NCBI GenBank assembly: GCA_012837285.1
Contig: DURJ01000075.1
Span: forward strand, 10,023 to 50,022
Direction: 5' to 3'
Length of the DNA stretch: 40,000 nt
Source of the DNA: Bacillota bacterium
Lineage (GTDB): Bacteria; Bacillota; DTU030; DUMP01
Numbering within the stretch: position 1 is the stretch's first letter; the number at the start of each line of letters is the position of its first letter. Below are positions 26,780 to 37,646 of the stretch, one piece after another. The notes beneath the pieces are model-generated. The model ran no database searches, was not told the DNA's origin, and was given only the letters and a program-made list of their open reading frames with translations. Made by a program: the position numbers and the translations under genes.

Positions 26780-29005
26780 TTAGTTGCACTTTGAATAACC
26801 GCAGGCAGGACAGGTTACGCAGCCACTGGAGTGTTCTAAGGCCGTACCGCAATCCGGGCATTTTGTCCCGGGATCTGTTTCGGCATCGGCATCTTCGCTT
26901 GACTCAAAGACCGGATTGCCCCCCTGCATAAAATTCTGCTCAATAGCTTTACCGATGGCATCTGGACAAGAAAGAACTTTAATTTCACCACCGTTTTTCC
27001 GCGATACCGTCGATAAACAGCGAATCCCTTTCAATTGGTCGATAATAGCCTCTATGTCTACACCGGAGCGCAACGCCAGCGACACCAGCCGGGCCGTTGC
27101 CTCCGACTGCGATGGACAACCGCCGGCCTTGCCTGTGCTGGTGAACACCTCGCAGATACCATATTCGTCGCGGTTGACCGTAATATACAGGTTGCCACAA
27201 CCGGTCTTCACCTTTTCAGTGGTACCGGCTGTTACCCGCGGACGCGGTCGGGGAGCAAGAGTCCCTTCCGGCTGGCGGCCTGAAGCCGCACCCAGATTCA
27301 ATACTTGTTGGCTGCGGCTGCGGTCACGATAAATGGTCACACCTTTACAACCCAAATCAAACGCCAGCAAATAGGCTTTTCTTACGTCCTCCCAAGTGGC
27401 ATCGTGGCGGAAATTAACGGTCTTAGATACAGCGTTATCAGTATGTTTCTGAAAAGCTGCCTGCATCCTAATGTGCCAGTCAGGGCTAATGTCATGGGCA
27501 GTGGCAAATACTGCCTGTACATCCTCCGGTACTCCTTCCAACCCCCTGGCACTCCCTCGTTCTGCCAGTCGCTCAATTAGATCCGGGCTGTAAAAACCGC
27601 GCTCTTTGGCTACTTGTAAAAACAGTGGATGCAGTTCCGGCAGTTTATCGTCGTTCAAGACATTGCGCAGGTAGGACAAAGCAAACAGAGGCTCTATCCC
27701 ACTGGATGTGCCGGCGATAATAGAAATGGTCCCTGTAGGTGCAATAGTGGTCAAGGTAGCATTGCGGAGTTTAATTTGTCCGCTGTAAATGCTCTGTTCC
27801 CAATTAGGAAAAGGACCTCGCTTGTTAGCCAAGGCTTCTGAGGCAGAACGAGCCTTACGGTGAATAAAATCCATGACCCTTTCCGCCAATGCCACCGCTT
27901 GTTCACTGTCGTAAGGAATACCCAGTTTGATCAAAAGATCGGCAAAGCCCATAATACCGAGACCTATTTTGCGGTTGTCCTTGGTCATCTCTTCAATCTG
28001 TTGCAGCGGATAGCGGTTTACATCGATTATATTATCTAAGAAATGTACAGCCAGAGCCGTGACCTGACCCAAACGTTCCCAGTCAACCTCTGGGCCGTCC
28101 TTGCCGCCTCGAACCATAAGACTAAGATTAATAGAACCCAAGTTGCAGCTTTCATACGGAAGCAGTGGCTGCTCACCACATGGATTTGTGCTCTCGATAG
28201 CACCTAGCGCCGGCGTGGGATTGTCCCTATTGAGCCGGTCCAAGAAGATTATCCCCGGTTCCCCGCTAGCCCAAGCCATGTTAACGATAAGGTCGAAGAC
28301 TTTGCGTGCTTGCAGCCGTTTTACTTCCTGCCCCGTGCGCGGGTTGATAAGAGGATAGTCTCGGTCTTCTCTAACCGCAGCCATAAAGTCTTTGGTTAAT
28401 CCCACCGACAGATTAAAGTTTGTAAGTACACCTTCGTTTTGCTTGATGGTAATAAAATCTATGATGTCTGGGTGGTCCACTCTCAAGATAGCCATATTGG
28501 CACCACGGCGGGTTCCGCCTTGTTTTATCGTCTCGGTGGCCACATCAAAAACACGCATGAACGACAACGGCCCACTGGAAATCCCCTTAGTGGACATAAC
28601 CACATCGTTGTGCGGTCGTATGCGGGAGAATGAAAACCCGGTACCCCCGCCGCTCTTATGAATAAGCGCCGTGTTTTTTATCGCTTCGAAGATACTTTCC
28701 ATGGAGTCTTCCACCGGCAATACGAAGCAGGCCGACAACTGTCCTAATTCGCGCCCAGCATTCATTAAGGTCGGGGAATTAGGGAGAAACTCCAGTCTAG
28801 CCATCAGTTGATAAAACTGAGCTGACAACTCTTCCAGGTTAGCTTCCGGATCATAGAGCCTGTCCGCACCAGCTACGTGCACCGCCACCCGCTGCAACAT
28901 GTCACGCGGCGTCTCCAAAACTTCTCCCTCAGCGCCCCGCTTCAAGTAGCGCCGCTGCAGCACTGTTAAGGCGTTAGCAGTAAATTCAGGTTCGATTTCC
29001 TTCAT
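26780..29005 (-). CDS. nrdJ: Adenosylcobalamin-dependent (class II) ribonucleotide reductase
   Basis: The ORF track starts at GTG 29044. An ATG at 29005 with GAGGAGGAG 8 nt upstream gives [21 protein letters not shown]. Motifs [49 protein letters not shown]-terminal CPDCG...CVTCPACG zinc-ribbon-like tail. Confidence 0.93.
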   Translation of the reverse strand: MKEIEPEFTANALTVLQRRYLKRGAEGEVLETPRDMLQRVAVHVAGADRLYDPEANLEELSAQFYQLMARLEFLPNSPTLMNAGRELGQLSACFVLPVEDSMESIFEAIKNTALIHKSGGGTGFSFSRIRPHNDVVMSTKGISSGPLSFMRVFDVATETIKQGGTRRGANMAILRVDHPDIIDFITIKQNEGVLTNFNLSVGLTKDFMAAVREDRDYPLINPRTGQEVKRLQARKVFDLIVNMAWASGEPGIIFLDRLNRDNPTPALGAIESTNPCGEQPLLPYESCNLGSINLSLMVRGGKDGPEVDWERLGQVTALAVHFLDNIIDVNRYPLQQIEEMTKDNRKIGLGIMGFADLLIKLGIPYDSEQAVALAERVMDFIHRKARSASEALANKRGPFPNWEQSIYSGQIKLRNATLTTIAPTGTISIIAGTSSGIEPLFALSYLRNVLNDDKLPELHPLFLQVAKERGFYSPDLIERLAERGSARGLEGVPEDVQAVFATAHDISPDWHIRMQAAFQKHTDNAVSKTVNFRHDATWEDVRKAYLLAFDLGCKGVTIYRDRSRSQQVLNLGAASGRQPEGTLAPRPRPRVTAGTTEKVKTGCGNLYITVNRDEYGICEVFTSTGKAGGCPSQSEATARLVSLALRSGVDIEAIIDQLKGIRCLSTVSRKNGGEIKVLSCPDAIGKAIEQNFMQGGNPVFESSEDADAETDPGTKCPDCGTALEHSSGCVTCPACGYSKCN

Positions 29006-29040
29006 CAAACCGGCTCCTCCTCGCTCTGGGCCTATTTCCC

Positions 29041-29397
29041 TCACGGTAAACCGGCTATCCGCACCAGAACCTGGCGGGTTCGCGGTCCGTCAAATTCGCA
29101 AAAGTAGACGCCCTGCCAGCGCCCCAAGGACAAGGCCCCGTCATTAACAAGCAGAGTTACTGTTGAGCCCACTAAGGTTGCCTTAATGTGAGCCGCGCTG
29201 TTTCCCTCCCCATGCAGATAATCGCCTAAGCGAGGTACCAATCGGGAGAGGGTGGTTTCGATGTCGCGGGCCACTGCTCGGTCGTAACTCTCGTTTACAG
29301 TCACTCCAGCCGTGGTATGGGGCACATAGACGTAACAGACGCCATCGGTAATCCCGCTCTCCTTTACGAGCTCGGTCAGCTCAGCCGTAATATCCAC
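29041..29397 (-). CDS. yjbQ: YjbQ/UPF0047 family protein (secondary thiamine-phosphate synthase-like)
   Basis: [11 protein letters not shown]...[18 protein letters not shown]...[15 protein letters not shown]-type motifs. Family-like sequence (LFKTLTVHTKSTSEF) continues upstream to a CTG at 29442; see findings. Confidence 0.8.
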   Translation of the reverse strand: MDITAELTELVKESGITDGVCYVYVPHTTAGVTVNESYDRAVARDIETTLSRLVPRLGDYLHGEGNSAAHIKATLVGSTVTLLVNDGALSLGRWQGVYFCEFDGPRTRQVLVRIAGLP

Positions 29398-29510
29398 AAA
29401 TTCACTGGTGGATTTGGTGTGAACAGTCAGCGTCTTAAACAGCTGTTACCGCCTCCTCACCTCATTCTTGCGCCTGTTAGTATTCCACGCCACCGAATGG
29501 TATTCCTTCC

Positions 29511-30215
29511 CTATCCAGTTACGCTGTTCACAAAGTTCGGTAGATCGGCCATATACCCGGTTCGGGTCGCAGCCGGTTCCTTACGCCCGGGAATTAGATA
29601 ATCCTGCACCAAGAACGTACTGATCCCCAATTCGTCGGCCACCAGATCCTCCCCTACATCATTGCCGATCATCCAGCACTCGGCCGGTTTTCGGCCCAGC
29701 ATCCTTAGAATCTCTTTATAATACTGTCGTCTAGGCTTACAAAAATGCATATTCTCGTAAGAAGTTATCAGCGTAAACTCGGTGTCCCCAAATCCGCCCC
29801 AGTGCAGCCGCTCCCGTATAGCCTGCAATGGGAACACCGGGTTAGTGGCTACCACCACCTCCAGTCCTCGCTCCAACGCCAGTTTCACTGCTTCTTGGGC
29901 CCCGGGGCTTTGGACTTCTTCCCCAGCCAACTGGGGGAAAACATGATCATAAAAAGAATCAAATAACGGCAAAACTTCCTCCGCTGCTAAACCTGAGCGT
30001 GCGGTAAAATCTTGTTCAAATACGTCCTTATTGGCCAGCTTGGGATCAAGATTGTTTATCATGGCTGCTGTTGATTCCATAATTTTTTGGATAAGAACTT
30101 CCGGCTCGATAAAACGAGCTGCGTGTCTCCCTAAAGCCTTAAAGTACTGGGGTAAAAAAGCCGCCATGTCCAGCTTTATTAGGGTGCCGTCAAGATCAAA
30201 TAATAAGCTTTTCAC
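29511..30215 (-). CDS. HAD-superfamily hydrolase
   Basis: The ORF track extends to 30266. A GTG at 30215 gives VKSLLFDLDGTLIKLD (HAD motif I, DxDGT). Motif III/IV appears as MIGNDVGEDL. Confidence 0.8.
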   Translation of the reverse strand: MKSLLFDLDGTLIKLDMAAFLPQYFKALGRHAARFIEPEVLIQKIMESTAAMINNLDPKLANKDVFEQDFTARSGLAAEEVLPLFDSFYDHVFPQLAGEEVQSPGAQEAVKLALERGLEVVVATNPVFPLQAIRERLHWGGFGDTEFTLITSYENMHFCKPRRQYYKEILRMLGRKPAECWMIGNDVGEDLVADELGISTFLVQDYLIPGRKEPAATRTGYMADLPNFVNSVTG

Positions 30216-30225
30216 TTGGCGTCCC

Positions 30226-30654
30226 CTAGTCACTATCCGATCGCACTCCTTCCCCGCCTTGATCACGTTGCAGCAGAGTTAGATCCTTGAGCACTTCCCC
30301 CAATATCTTCTGCACATCAGCCAGCTGGCGACCAAAGCGCTCTTCTGCTGCCAAGTATTCCCGAATCTGTTCATCTACCACCAAAGCTTCCATCATTTGC
30401 CCCAGTGCCCTAATAGTTTCCGCCGCTATTTTCTCCCCAGCCAGCTCTCTTGCCGTCAGCTCTAGCTGTCTCTTCCGTACCTCTTGCAATTTTTCCCACT
30501 TCCCCGGTTGTTGCGCCAAAGCCTTTTCCGCCTGCAGCAAGCGTTGGAAACTCTGTGAGTTCCGTAAGCTTCGCGCTAAAGCGTAAGCTTGATCGTACAC
30601 TTCCATCGCCAATTCACACCCCTCATTATGTTTTTCGGCCTTTTGCTTCGACAA
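30226..30654 (-). CDS. YlbF/YmcA-family (UPF0342) regulatory protein
   Basis: Helical 142-aa ORF. MEVYDQAYALARSLRNSQSFQRLLQAEKAL...VRKRQLE...EYLAAEERFGRQLADV fits the YlbF-like pattern. The start is uncertain: TTG 30654 or ATG 30606. Confidence 0.6.
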   Translation of the reverse strand: MSKQKAEKHNEGCELAMEVYDQAYALARSLRNSQSFQRLLQAEKALAQQPGKWEKLQEVRKRQLELTARELAGEKIAAETIRALGQMMEALVVDEQIREYLAAEERFGRQLADVQKILGEVLKDLTLLQRDQGGEGVRSDSD

Positions 30655-30708
30655 CTAAAGACCTCGGAGCATACAATAAACTATAAATCGTACAAAGGAG
30701 GCCCTGCC

Positions 30709-31446
30709 ATGGCTATCTACGTGGTACAGCCAGGCGATACCTTATGGAGTATAGCTCGTCTGTTCGGTGTGTCGGAACAAGAGATCATGACTGCTAGCAA
30801 CCTTACCAGCAGTGAGATTTTCCCCGGCCAAGAGCTGGTAATTATTGCAGTGGAAGAACCAACAGTACCAACACCTCCCACTGTTCCAGCCCCTCCCGGT
30901 GTGACTGTTCATGTGGTTCAGCGAGGTGAAACATTATTTAGTATCGCCCGCCGTTACGGCATCTCTCTGGACGATCTCGTACGAGCCAACCCTGGCCTGG
31001 TCTATCCGGGCCTGCGCCTGCGAATCCCAGAAGCTGCTGTTCCGGTTACGCCGCCGGAAGAAAAACGCGAAACAGAGTGTTTCCGGCTCACCTTGTCCAC
31101 CGATCGCACCTCTTATACCCGTGGTACGCCCGTGACGATGAAACTCACTAAGACCAATACCTGTCGCCGAACTCAAACCCTCACCTATCTAACCGGGCAA
31201 CGATACGAGTTTGAAATCAGACAGGATAACCGCCTCATCTGGCGTTGGTCCGATGGTCGCGCTTTCAGCCAAGCTGTGCAGCGCATCCACGCTCGGCCCG
31301 GAGAGACGATGATCTTTACCGAACAATGGCCTCAAGTAGACAGCGCGGGCCGTCGGGTAGAGCCTGGACGCTATCGGGTCGTAGCCTGGAACACAGCCCG
31401 TGAATTGCGCGAAGAAGTGATTACCATCTACGTTGAGATCCGTTAA
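30709..31446 (+). CDS. Two LysM domains fused to a BsuPI-like (intracellular proteinase inhibitor fold) domain
   Basis: ATG 30709 with AAAGGAGG upstream. LysM1 is YVVQPGDTLWSIARLFGVS...GQELVI and LysM2 is HVVQRGETLFSIARRYGISLDDLVRANP...GLRLRIP. The C-terminal part (FRLTLSTDRTSYTRGTPVTMKLTKTN...YEFEIRQDNRLIWRWSDGRAF...) resembles BsuPI. Confidence 0.75.
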   Translation: MAIYVVQPGDTLWSIARLFGVSEQEIMTASNLTSSEIFPGQELVIIAVEEPTVPTPPTVPAPPGVTVHVVQRGETLFSIARRYGISLDDLVRANPGLVYPGLRLRIPEAAVPVTPPEEKRETECFRLTLSTDRTSYTRGTPVTMKLTKTNTCRRTQTLTYLTGQRYEFEIRQDNRLIWRWSDGRAFSQAVQRIHARPGETMIFTEQWPQVDSAGRRVEPGRYRVVAWNTARELREEVITIYVEIR

Positions 31447-32516
31447 AGCGCAAATTCAATTTCAGTCCGCACGCTCGCTTCCGGCTCTTGCTTAAGCTGC
31501 TCTCGCAGGGCCACATAGGCCCGTTGGCCGCCGTGTCGGCCCAAGCTCCAGGCCGCTGCTGCTCGCACAGAGGTCCGCCGATCCTTAAGGCACTGAATTA
31601 AGATCGGAACCACCTGTCGGCGGTCGCTGTTGCCTAATGCCAGCACGGCATTTCGCTGCAGTACAGTCCGCCCCCGCCAGGCAGCGCTGCTGGTACCGTA
31701 CTCCTTTTGAAACTCCTCCTCTGTGAAGGCCAAGAATCTTATCAAATCCACCGTCACCCCTTCCTGGGGTGACTTTTCTATCAGCGGACAAGCCCGTACA
31801 CAGGTGTCACAGCCGTAGAGACGGTTGCCCAGAAGCGGTCGCAGTTCGGCTGGCATAAGCTCTTTCGCCTGGGTCCAATAGGACAAACAGCGCCGATAGT
31901 CCAGCCGGTATGGAACCGACAGTGCTGCTGTCGGGCAAGCATCGCGGCAGCGCCCACATTTTAGGCAGGAGGTGCTCAATGGTTGGTCTGGAGCCAGAGG
32001 TGCATTAGTCGCCAAGCCACCCAAAAAAAAGGCCGGTCCGGTTTGAGGCCGGATTATGAAGCTGTTTTCCCCCCAGACACCCAGCCCGGCGCGATAAGCC
32101 AAAGCTCTCTCCAGTAAAGGCCCGGTATCGACAAACACTGCCACTCTGGTTCCCGGAACCGTTTCCTGCAAGAAGTGGCCCAGCGCCCTCAATTTCTCTA
32201 ATAAGGCATCATGGTAGTCATTCCCGCAAGTACCGGCAGCCCAGTATCCTCTTAGCTCTCCACTTACCTTGGGGCCGCCGGCCGGGACTTTAAACGGTAA
32301 GCCTACCATCACCAATGATTCCGCCTCCGGCCAGACCAGATTCGGATTAGTTCGCCGCTCAATATCGCCGGTGGTAAATGGGATTCGGCATCCGCTTGTA
32401 TTGATCTGTTCCAAAACAGTTCGCGCTTTTGGTAAAGGTGCCGCCGAAGTAATCCCCACCGGAGCTAACCCTAACACCTTGGCCTTGTCTTTGAGACACT
32501 GGCTTAGATTATTCAC
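31443..32516 (-). CDS. queG: Epoxyqueuosine reductase
   Basis: 357 aa. Ferredoxin-type motifs [12 protein letters not shown] and CDTCVRACP plus a C-terminal HEAT-like repeat. Colinear with QueG. Confidence 0.9.
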   Translation of the reverse strand: MNNLSQCLKDKAKVLGLAPVGITSAAPLPKARTVLEQINTSGCRIPFTTGDIERRTNPNLVWPEAESLVMVGLPFKVPAGGPKVSGELRGYWAAGTCGNDYHDALLEKLRALGHFLQETVPGTRVAVFVDTGPLLERALAYRAGLGVWGENSFIIRPQTGPAFFLGGLATNAPLAPDQPLSTSCLKCGRCRDACPTAALSVPYRLDYRRCLSYWTQAKELMPAELRPLLGNRLYGCDTCVRACPLIEKSPQEGVTVDLIRFLAFTEEEFQKEYGTSSAAWRGRTVLQRNAVLALGNSDRRQVVPILIQCLKDRRTSVRAAAAWSLGRHGGQRAYVALREQLKQEPEASVRTEIEFAL

Positions 32517-34107
32517 TGTTTATGTTCGCTCCACCGCCCGGGCCGGCGGCTAGAATATCCGGCGGAACCCTAAACTTAGTCATATTCTGGGTGAAGAGCG
32601 CTGCTAACTGTGTGGCCGCTTGTTGGTACTTGTCCTTGTTATCCCACTTCACAGCCGGATCCAGGATCTCAGACGGAACACCGGGACAACTGGCAGGAAT
32701 TAGCACCTGGAACACTGGATGGGGCCGGTAAGCAACGTTTTTCAAACTGCCGTCAATGGCCGCTCTAACCATAGCCCGGGTGTAACTCAGATTCATACGC
32801 TCACCTACTCCGTATGGTCCTCCTGACCAACCTGTATTAATGAGAAAAACAGCAGTATTATGCTTGACAATTCGATCTGCCAGCAGCTGTGCGTAAACAG
32901 TGGGCGGCAGCGGTAAAAACGGAGCTCCGAAACAGGTGGAGAAAGTCGCTTGCGGCTCGGTGATGCCCCGTTCTGTACCGGCTAGTTTGCTCGTATAGCC
33001 GGAAATAAAGTGGTACATGGCTTGCTCCTTGGTTAGTTTAGCCACCGGTGGTAACACTCCAAAAGCATCGGCTGTCAGAAAAATTACCGTCTGCGGCTGC
33101 CCGCCGGTCCCCTTGACCACGGCCCCTGGAATATGCTCCAAGGGATAGGCGGCTCGAGTGTTTTCGGTTAAGCTGTCGTCGTCATAGTTCGCTTCCCGGG
33201 TATTCGGATCTAGTACCACGTTTTCCAACACGGCACCAAAGCGAATGGCATCCCAGATCTGGGGTTCATGCTTCCGAGAAAGCCTAATGGTTTTGGCATA
33301 GCAGCCGCCTTCAAAATTAAAGATGCCGTGGTCAGACCAACCATGTTCGTCATCACCGATGAGAAAGCGCTCTGTATCGGCTGACAGGGTGGTTTTTCCG
33401 GTTCCGGATAACCCAAAGAACAAGGCTACGTCACCGGCTCGGCCGACATTAGCAGAGCAATGCATAGGCAAAACACCACGCAAAGGAAGAAGATAGTTCA
33501 TCACTGTAAACACTGCTTTCTTAATTTCGCCGGCATATGAAGTCCCACCGATTACCACCAACTGCTGCTCAAAATCGAGCATAATAACCGCTTCAGAATT
33601 GGTACCGTCTACAGACGGCTGAGACTGAAACCCGGGGACAGCGATAATGGTAAACTCTGGGTTATGGTCCGCAAGCTCCGCCGCTACCGGCCGCCGAAAT
33701 AGCTGGTGCGCAAATAGATTCTGCCAGGCCAGTTCGTTAATCACCCTGATGGGGAGCCGGTAAGATGGATCAGCGCCGGCAAAGCCGTCGAAGATAAACA
33801 GTTCCTTATCCTGCAGGTAGACCTTTAGCCGCTGATACAAGGCCTCAAATTGTTCCGGGATCACTTTCTTATTGTTTTGCCACCAGATACGATCATGGAT
33901 CGACTCCCTATCCACCAGAAATTTGTCATCGGGTGACCGTCCTGTGTACTTGCCGGTGGCGACTCTCAAGGCACCGGTAGCAGTCAATACTCCTTCGTCG
34001 CGCTGCACAGCCATCTCCACTAATTTGGCTACCGGTAGATTACGATATGCTGTCTTACTAATTCCGGGCAATACAGGCTGAATATGGTTAAATGCCATGG
34101 CCACCAT
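32509..34107 (-). CDS. pckA: Phosphoenolpyruvate carboxykinase (ATP)
   Basis: 532 aa. GRSPDDKF, the kinase-1a loop [13 protein letters not shown], and IGDDEHGW. Confidence 0.95.
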   Translation of the reverse strand: MVAMAFNHIQPVLPGISKTAYRNLPVAKLVEMAVQRDEGVLTATGALRVATGKYTGRSPDDKFLVDRESIHDRIWWQNNKKVIPEQFEALYQRLKVYLQDKELFIFDGFAGADPSYRLPIRVINELAWQNLFAHQLFRRPVAAELADHNPEFTIIAVPGFQSQPSVDGTNSEAVIMLDFEQQLVVIGGTSYAGEIKKAVFTVMNYLLPLRGVLPMHCSANVGRAGDVALFFGLSGTGKTTLSADTERFLIGDDEHGWSDHGIFNFEGGCYAKTIRLSRKHEPQIWDAIRFGAVLENVVLDPNTREANYDDDSLTENTRAAYPLEHIPGAVVKGTGGQPQTVIFLTADAFGVLPPVAKLTKEQAMYHFISGYTSKLAGTERGITEPQATFSTCFGAPFLPLPPTVYAQLLADRIVKHNTAVFLINTGWSGGPYGVGERMNLSYTRAMVRAAIDGSLKNVAYRPHPVFQVLIPASCPGVPSEILDPAVKWDNKDKYQQAATQLAALFTQNMTKFRVPPDILAAGPGGGANINSE

Positions 34108-34115
34108 CCTCTCTG

Positions 34116-34685
34116 CTAAGCGTACGGCAATTGGTTGGAATCAATCATCTCGGTCAAGATCTCTTGGTATACCTGCAGGTCCTTAGAAGAAAACAGAACG
34201 AACCGCACCTCATCTAATGCCTCCGGTTGCTGAGCCACAAATTCCTTGACCGCAGCCAAAGCTATGGCCGCCGCTTCCCGCAAAGGAAATCTGTAGGCAC
34301 CGGTACTGATGGACGGAAATGCCAACGAGCGAATTCCGTTCTCCTGAGCCAAACACAGACTGTTGCGATACGCCTGACTTAAAAGCTCCGCTTCGTTTTC
34401 ACCGCCTCCACGCCAAATCGGCCCCACGGTATGGATCACATAACGAGCGGCTAAATTACCGCCGCCAGTTATCACCGCCTGGCCGGTAGGGCAACCCCCT
34501 TGACGGGCCCGAATCGCCAGACACTCTTCATGGAGCGCCGGGCCGGCAGCTCGGTGAATAGCCCCGTCGACTCCCCCGCCGCCTAACAAACTGCTGTTGG
34601 CTGCATTAACAATAGCTTCCGTCGTCTGCTCGGTAATATCCCCCTGTAGTAACACTAACTTTGTCTGCTCAAAAATGGTTTCCAA
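34116..34685 (-). CDS. ymdB: Macro-domain protein (O-acetyl-ADP-ribose deacetylase, YmdB-like)
   Basis: 189 aa. [37 protein letters not shown] and [12 protein letters not shown]. Confidence 0.9.
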   Translation of the reverse strand: METIFEQTKLVLLQGDITEQTTEAIVNAANSSLLGGGGVDGAIHRAAGPALHEECLAIRARQGGCPTGQAVITGGGNLAARYVIHTVGPIWRGGGENEAELLSQAYRNSLCLAQENGIRSLAFPSISTGAYRFPLREAAAIALAAVKEFVAQQPEALDEVRFVLFSSKDLQVYQEILTEMIDSNQLPYA

Positions 34686-34701
34686 TTCTTTTCCTCCTTG
34701 G

Positions 34702-35868
34702 TCAATATTTCTCGGTCGCCGCTACTCTTACTGCCTGGGCAACACGAGTTGCCACCTCAGGCTCAAACGCATCAGGAAGACAAAACTCCGGCGAGACTCT
34801 GGCGCCCACCATGTCGGCCAATGCCTGCGCTGCCGCCAACTTCATCGCATCTGTAATTTGTACTGCCCGGGCGTCGAAGGTACCCCGAAAAACCCCAGGG
34901 AAAGCCAACACATTATTAACTTGGTTGGGATAATCCGATCTCCCTGTACCCACTACCGCTGCACCGGCAGCTTGAGCTTCCTCCGGGAAGATCTCCGGTA
35001 CGGGATTCGCTAAGGCAAATACCACCGGTTTCCGGGCCATGGATGCCACCATCTGGCTATTGACTGTACCTGGTGCCGAAACGCCGATAAATACGTCTCG
35101 CCCAGGCATGGCCGCAGACAAATCGCCCCTGATACCTTCCCGGTTAGTCTCACAGGCTAATTCTTCCTTCACAGCATTGTTTGTCGGTCGGCTGGCATAA
35201 ATAACTCCCATTCGGTCACACAAAACCACATCTCCTGCTCCGGCCAGAGTGAGCAAACGGGCAATGGCAATGCCTGCCGCTCCGGCCCCGTTAATGATAA
35301 TCGCAGCTTCCTCTAACTCCTTACCCACGACTTTAAGCGCATTGATCAAGCCTGCCAGCACCACAATGGCCGTTCCGTGCTGGTCGTCATGAAACACCGG
35401 GATCGAAAGTTCGGTCCTTAGTCGTTCTTCAATGGTAAAACACCGTGGGGCACTAATATCCTCTAGATTAATACCCCCAAATGCCGGTGCAATAAGCTTA
35501 ACCGTCTCTACGATAGCATCCTCATCTTGAGTGGCCAAACAAATAGGCACTGCGTCCACCTGGCCAAAGGCCTTAAACAATACTGCCTTGCCTTCCATCA
35601 CCGGCAGCGACGCCTCCGGTCCAATGTTACCTAACCCCAGTACAGCACTGCCGTCAGTTACTATCGCCACCAGATTACCTTTGGCAGTGTAGTTGTATAC
35701 TTCCTCCGGCCGGGCAGCAATAACCCGGCACGGTTCCGCCACGCCCGGTGTATATGCCAGCCCTAAATCATCTTTATTACGAAGCGGAACCTTGCTTTCA
35801 ATCCTAATTTTACCACGATTTTTCTTATGTAACACCAGGGCACGGGTGTTAATGTCCACCGAAGTCAC
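34702..35868 (-). CDS. maeA: NAD(P)-dependent malic enzyme (short form)
   Basis: 388 aa. [24 protein letters not shown], and the Rossmann motif [10 protein letters not shown]. Confidence 0.9.
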   Translation of the reverse strand: MTSVDINTRALVLHKKNRGKIRIESKVPLRNKDDLGLAYTPGVAEPCRVIAARPEEVYNYTAKGNLVAIVTDGSAVLGLGNIGPEASLPVMEGKAVLFKAFGQVDAVPICLATQDEDAIVETVKLIAPAFGGINLEDISAPRCFTIEERLRTELSIPVFHDDQHGTAIVVLAGLINALKVVGKELEEAAIIINGAGAAGIAIARLLTLAGAGDVVLCDRMGVIYASRPTNNAVKEELACETNREGIRGDLSAAMPGRDVFIGVSAPGTVNSQMVASMARKPVVFALANPVPEIFPEEAQAAGAAVVGTGRSDYPNQVNNVLAFPGVFRGTFDARAVQITDAMKLAAAQALADMVGARVSPEFCLPDAFEPEVATRVAQAVRVAATEKY

Positions 35869-36069
35869 CCTCTTTTCTTCCGTCTATTCCCATCAGTTAT
35901 GATTCCTGGTCCCACATTCTTTTTCCTGCTTTCCAGACCCACTATCGTCTTTACTCCTGCGCTTTTTGTTATTATATACCTTAATGCTCGTAAGAACATC
36001 GGTTATAATGATGTTAGCTCAAAGTAGGACCAGATACAAGATATAGCCAAGAAAGGAGCTTAGATCATA

Positions 36070-36663
36070 ATGCTCTCTCAGCGGCTGCCCCCTGACTTTT
36101 ACGCTCGTTCAGCCCTGGAAGTAGCGCCCGACCTACTGGGAAAACTTCTCGTCCACGTTACCGTCGAAGGCATAGTCTCCGGCTACATTACTGAAGCCGA
36201 GGCCTATATGGGGCCTGAAGACAAAGCCGCTCACACCTATGGTGGCAAAAAGACAAAGCGCACCCAGGCCATGTTCGGGCCACCTGGACACGCTTACATA
36301 TATCTCATATATGGCATGTACTATTGTTTTAACGTAGTCGTAGCTACCGAAGGACAACCGCAAGCGGTGCTGGTTCGAGCCTTAGAACCCAAAGACGGCA
36401 TAAATCTTATGTTAACCCGGCGCCGGTTCAAACAAGACCTTACACCAAAGAAATTATACCAACTTACCAATGGCCCCGGCAAATTGTGCCAGGCTTTGGG
36501 CATTAGCAAAGAGCAATATGGCTATGATCTAACCGGTAATAAACTATTTATTACTCCCGGTATCCCGGTAGCACCGGAAAACATCTGTACCAAACCACGT
36601 GTTAACGTGGATTACGCCGGAGAATGGGCTCAGCTTCCCTGGCGTTTTGTCTGGAAGCCATGA
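36070..36663 (+). CDS. mpg: DNA-3-methyladenine glycosylase (Mpg/AAG family)
   Basis: 197 aa. FYARSALEVAPDLLGKLLV, EAEAYMGPEDKAAH, GHAYIYLIYGMYYCFNVV. Confidence 0.9.
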   Translation: MLSQRLPPDFYARSALEVAPDLLGKLLVHVTVEGIVSGYITEAEAYMGPEDKAAHTYGGKKTKRTQAMFGPPGHAYIYLIYGMYYCFNVVVATEGQPQAVLVRALEPKDGINLMLTRRRFKQDLTPKKLYQLTNGPGKLCQALGISKEQYGYDLTGNKLFITPGIPVAPENICTKPRVNVDYAGEWAQLPWRFVWKP

Positions 36664-37237
36664 TATGGTTGGCAACCTTGCACCACAACAAGCGACACCG
36701 TAGATACCCCCCCTCGTGCCTTACCAGCCACCGACTAGTCTCTCTTATCTTAGCTGCCAGATACATTAAGGACAAAACAGATTTGTACTTAGCCGACAGC
36801 CTTTGACTTTCATTCTCAAGTGCACGGAGAGTTTTATACTGCTTTACCGTACCCTCAAATATGATACTCCTTTTCTGTATCCTGAGGAAATCCATGGGCT
36901 TGGTCAGCTCCGGAACACCTGGCCAAAGCCCTGTTCTTCCCAGTATATAAGCTACAAATTGGGAGCAAAAAAATCGATCTTTCGGCGTTAATCTTATGCC
37001 AAGCATATAGCCTAGCAAGCCCGCTATATTATAACGATACATTTCCTGCCGACGCAAAAACAATTCCACTGACTCAAGCATGGTTTGGTATTGTTCTTCG
37101 GTAACCGTAATCTCCAGGACCAAGCACCTGGCATTGGGAAAAACCGCAAACAGCCCACGATTGAAATTCTCTTCGATAAAGCCGTTGTTGAGCACGTTGA
37201 AACGGTGCTTCCGGCCGAAAGAATACATTACATCCAA
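36602..37237 (-). CDS. YiiX/YaeF-like permuted papain-fold (NlpC/P60-type) cysteine hydrolase; N-terminus unresolved
   Basis: Cys-nucleophile context DRFFCSQFVAYIL. The same frame stays open and family-like upstream of the TTG at 37237 (VLKNVYVVLTQTGTIVSTIIRHYTHDQYNHASIAFDPS) up to a CTG at 37348, with no ATG/GTG/TTG in between. The 3' end overlaps convergent mpg by 62 nt. Confidence 0.6.
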   Translation of the reverse strand: MDVMYSFGRKHRFNVLNNGFIEENFNRGLFAVFPNARCLVLEITVTEEQYQTMLESVELFLRRQEMYRYNIAGLLGYMLGIRLTPKDRFFCSQFVAYILGRTGLWPGVPELTKPMDFLRIQKRSIIFEGTVKQYKTLRALENESQRLSAKYKSVLSLMYLAAKIRETSRWLVRHEGGYLRCRLLWCKVANHIMASRQNAREAEPILRRNPR

Positions 37238-37546
37238 CGAGGGGTCAAAAGCAATGGAAGCATGATTATACTGATCATGCGTGTAGTGACGAATAATCGT
37301 GGATACTATGGTACCTGTTTGGGTCAGTACAACATAAACGTTCTTCAGAACACATCACCTGCTCTAGAACGAATGGGCCGTTTGCTACGAACAACCGGAA
37401 AGAACATCCCAATACAAGTACAATACTACACCACATTACTTCCGCTGCCAATACGTCTACGAATAGAATTGTTCATGCGATCAAAACAACACATTCAACA
37501 TGGCACGATAGGCTCACCTTGATGTCTTGACTGTAATTTGGTATTT

Positions 37547-37646
37547 TTTTGTTCTCGGAGACAGGTCGAGCATGGTTGTTATGGTATTATCCGTTCTCGG
37601 AAACATTTCCACAGTATAATTCGGTTCTAATCCGTTCTCGGAAACA
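37547..37646. repeat. Three phased direct repeats (17-nt unit ATCCGTTCTCGGAAACA), candidate operator/iteron array
   Basis: Exact 17-mers at 37589-37605 and 37630-37646 (offset 41 nt). A 13/17 copy (TTTTGTTCTCGGAGACA) at 37547-37563 (offset 42 nt). The core GTTCTCGGAAAC is a partial palindrome. Confidence 0.65.

Noticed and set aside
29443-29510. Cobalamin riboswitch upstream of the B12-dependent RNR operon
   Set aside because: nrdJ is directly preceded by yjbQ, and the only upstream gap is 68 nt. That is too short for a cobalamin riboswitch, and no B12-box-like sequence was seen.
37547-37646. Possible miniature CRISPR array (three repeats with regular spacing)
   Set aside because: The repeat unit is only 13-17 nt with spacers of about 24-25 nt. 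There are only three copies, one of them degenerate, and no cas genes. The geometry fits operator or iteron sites better than CRISPR.
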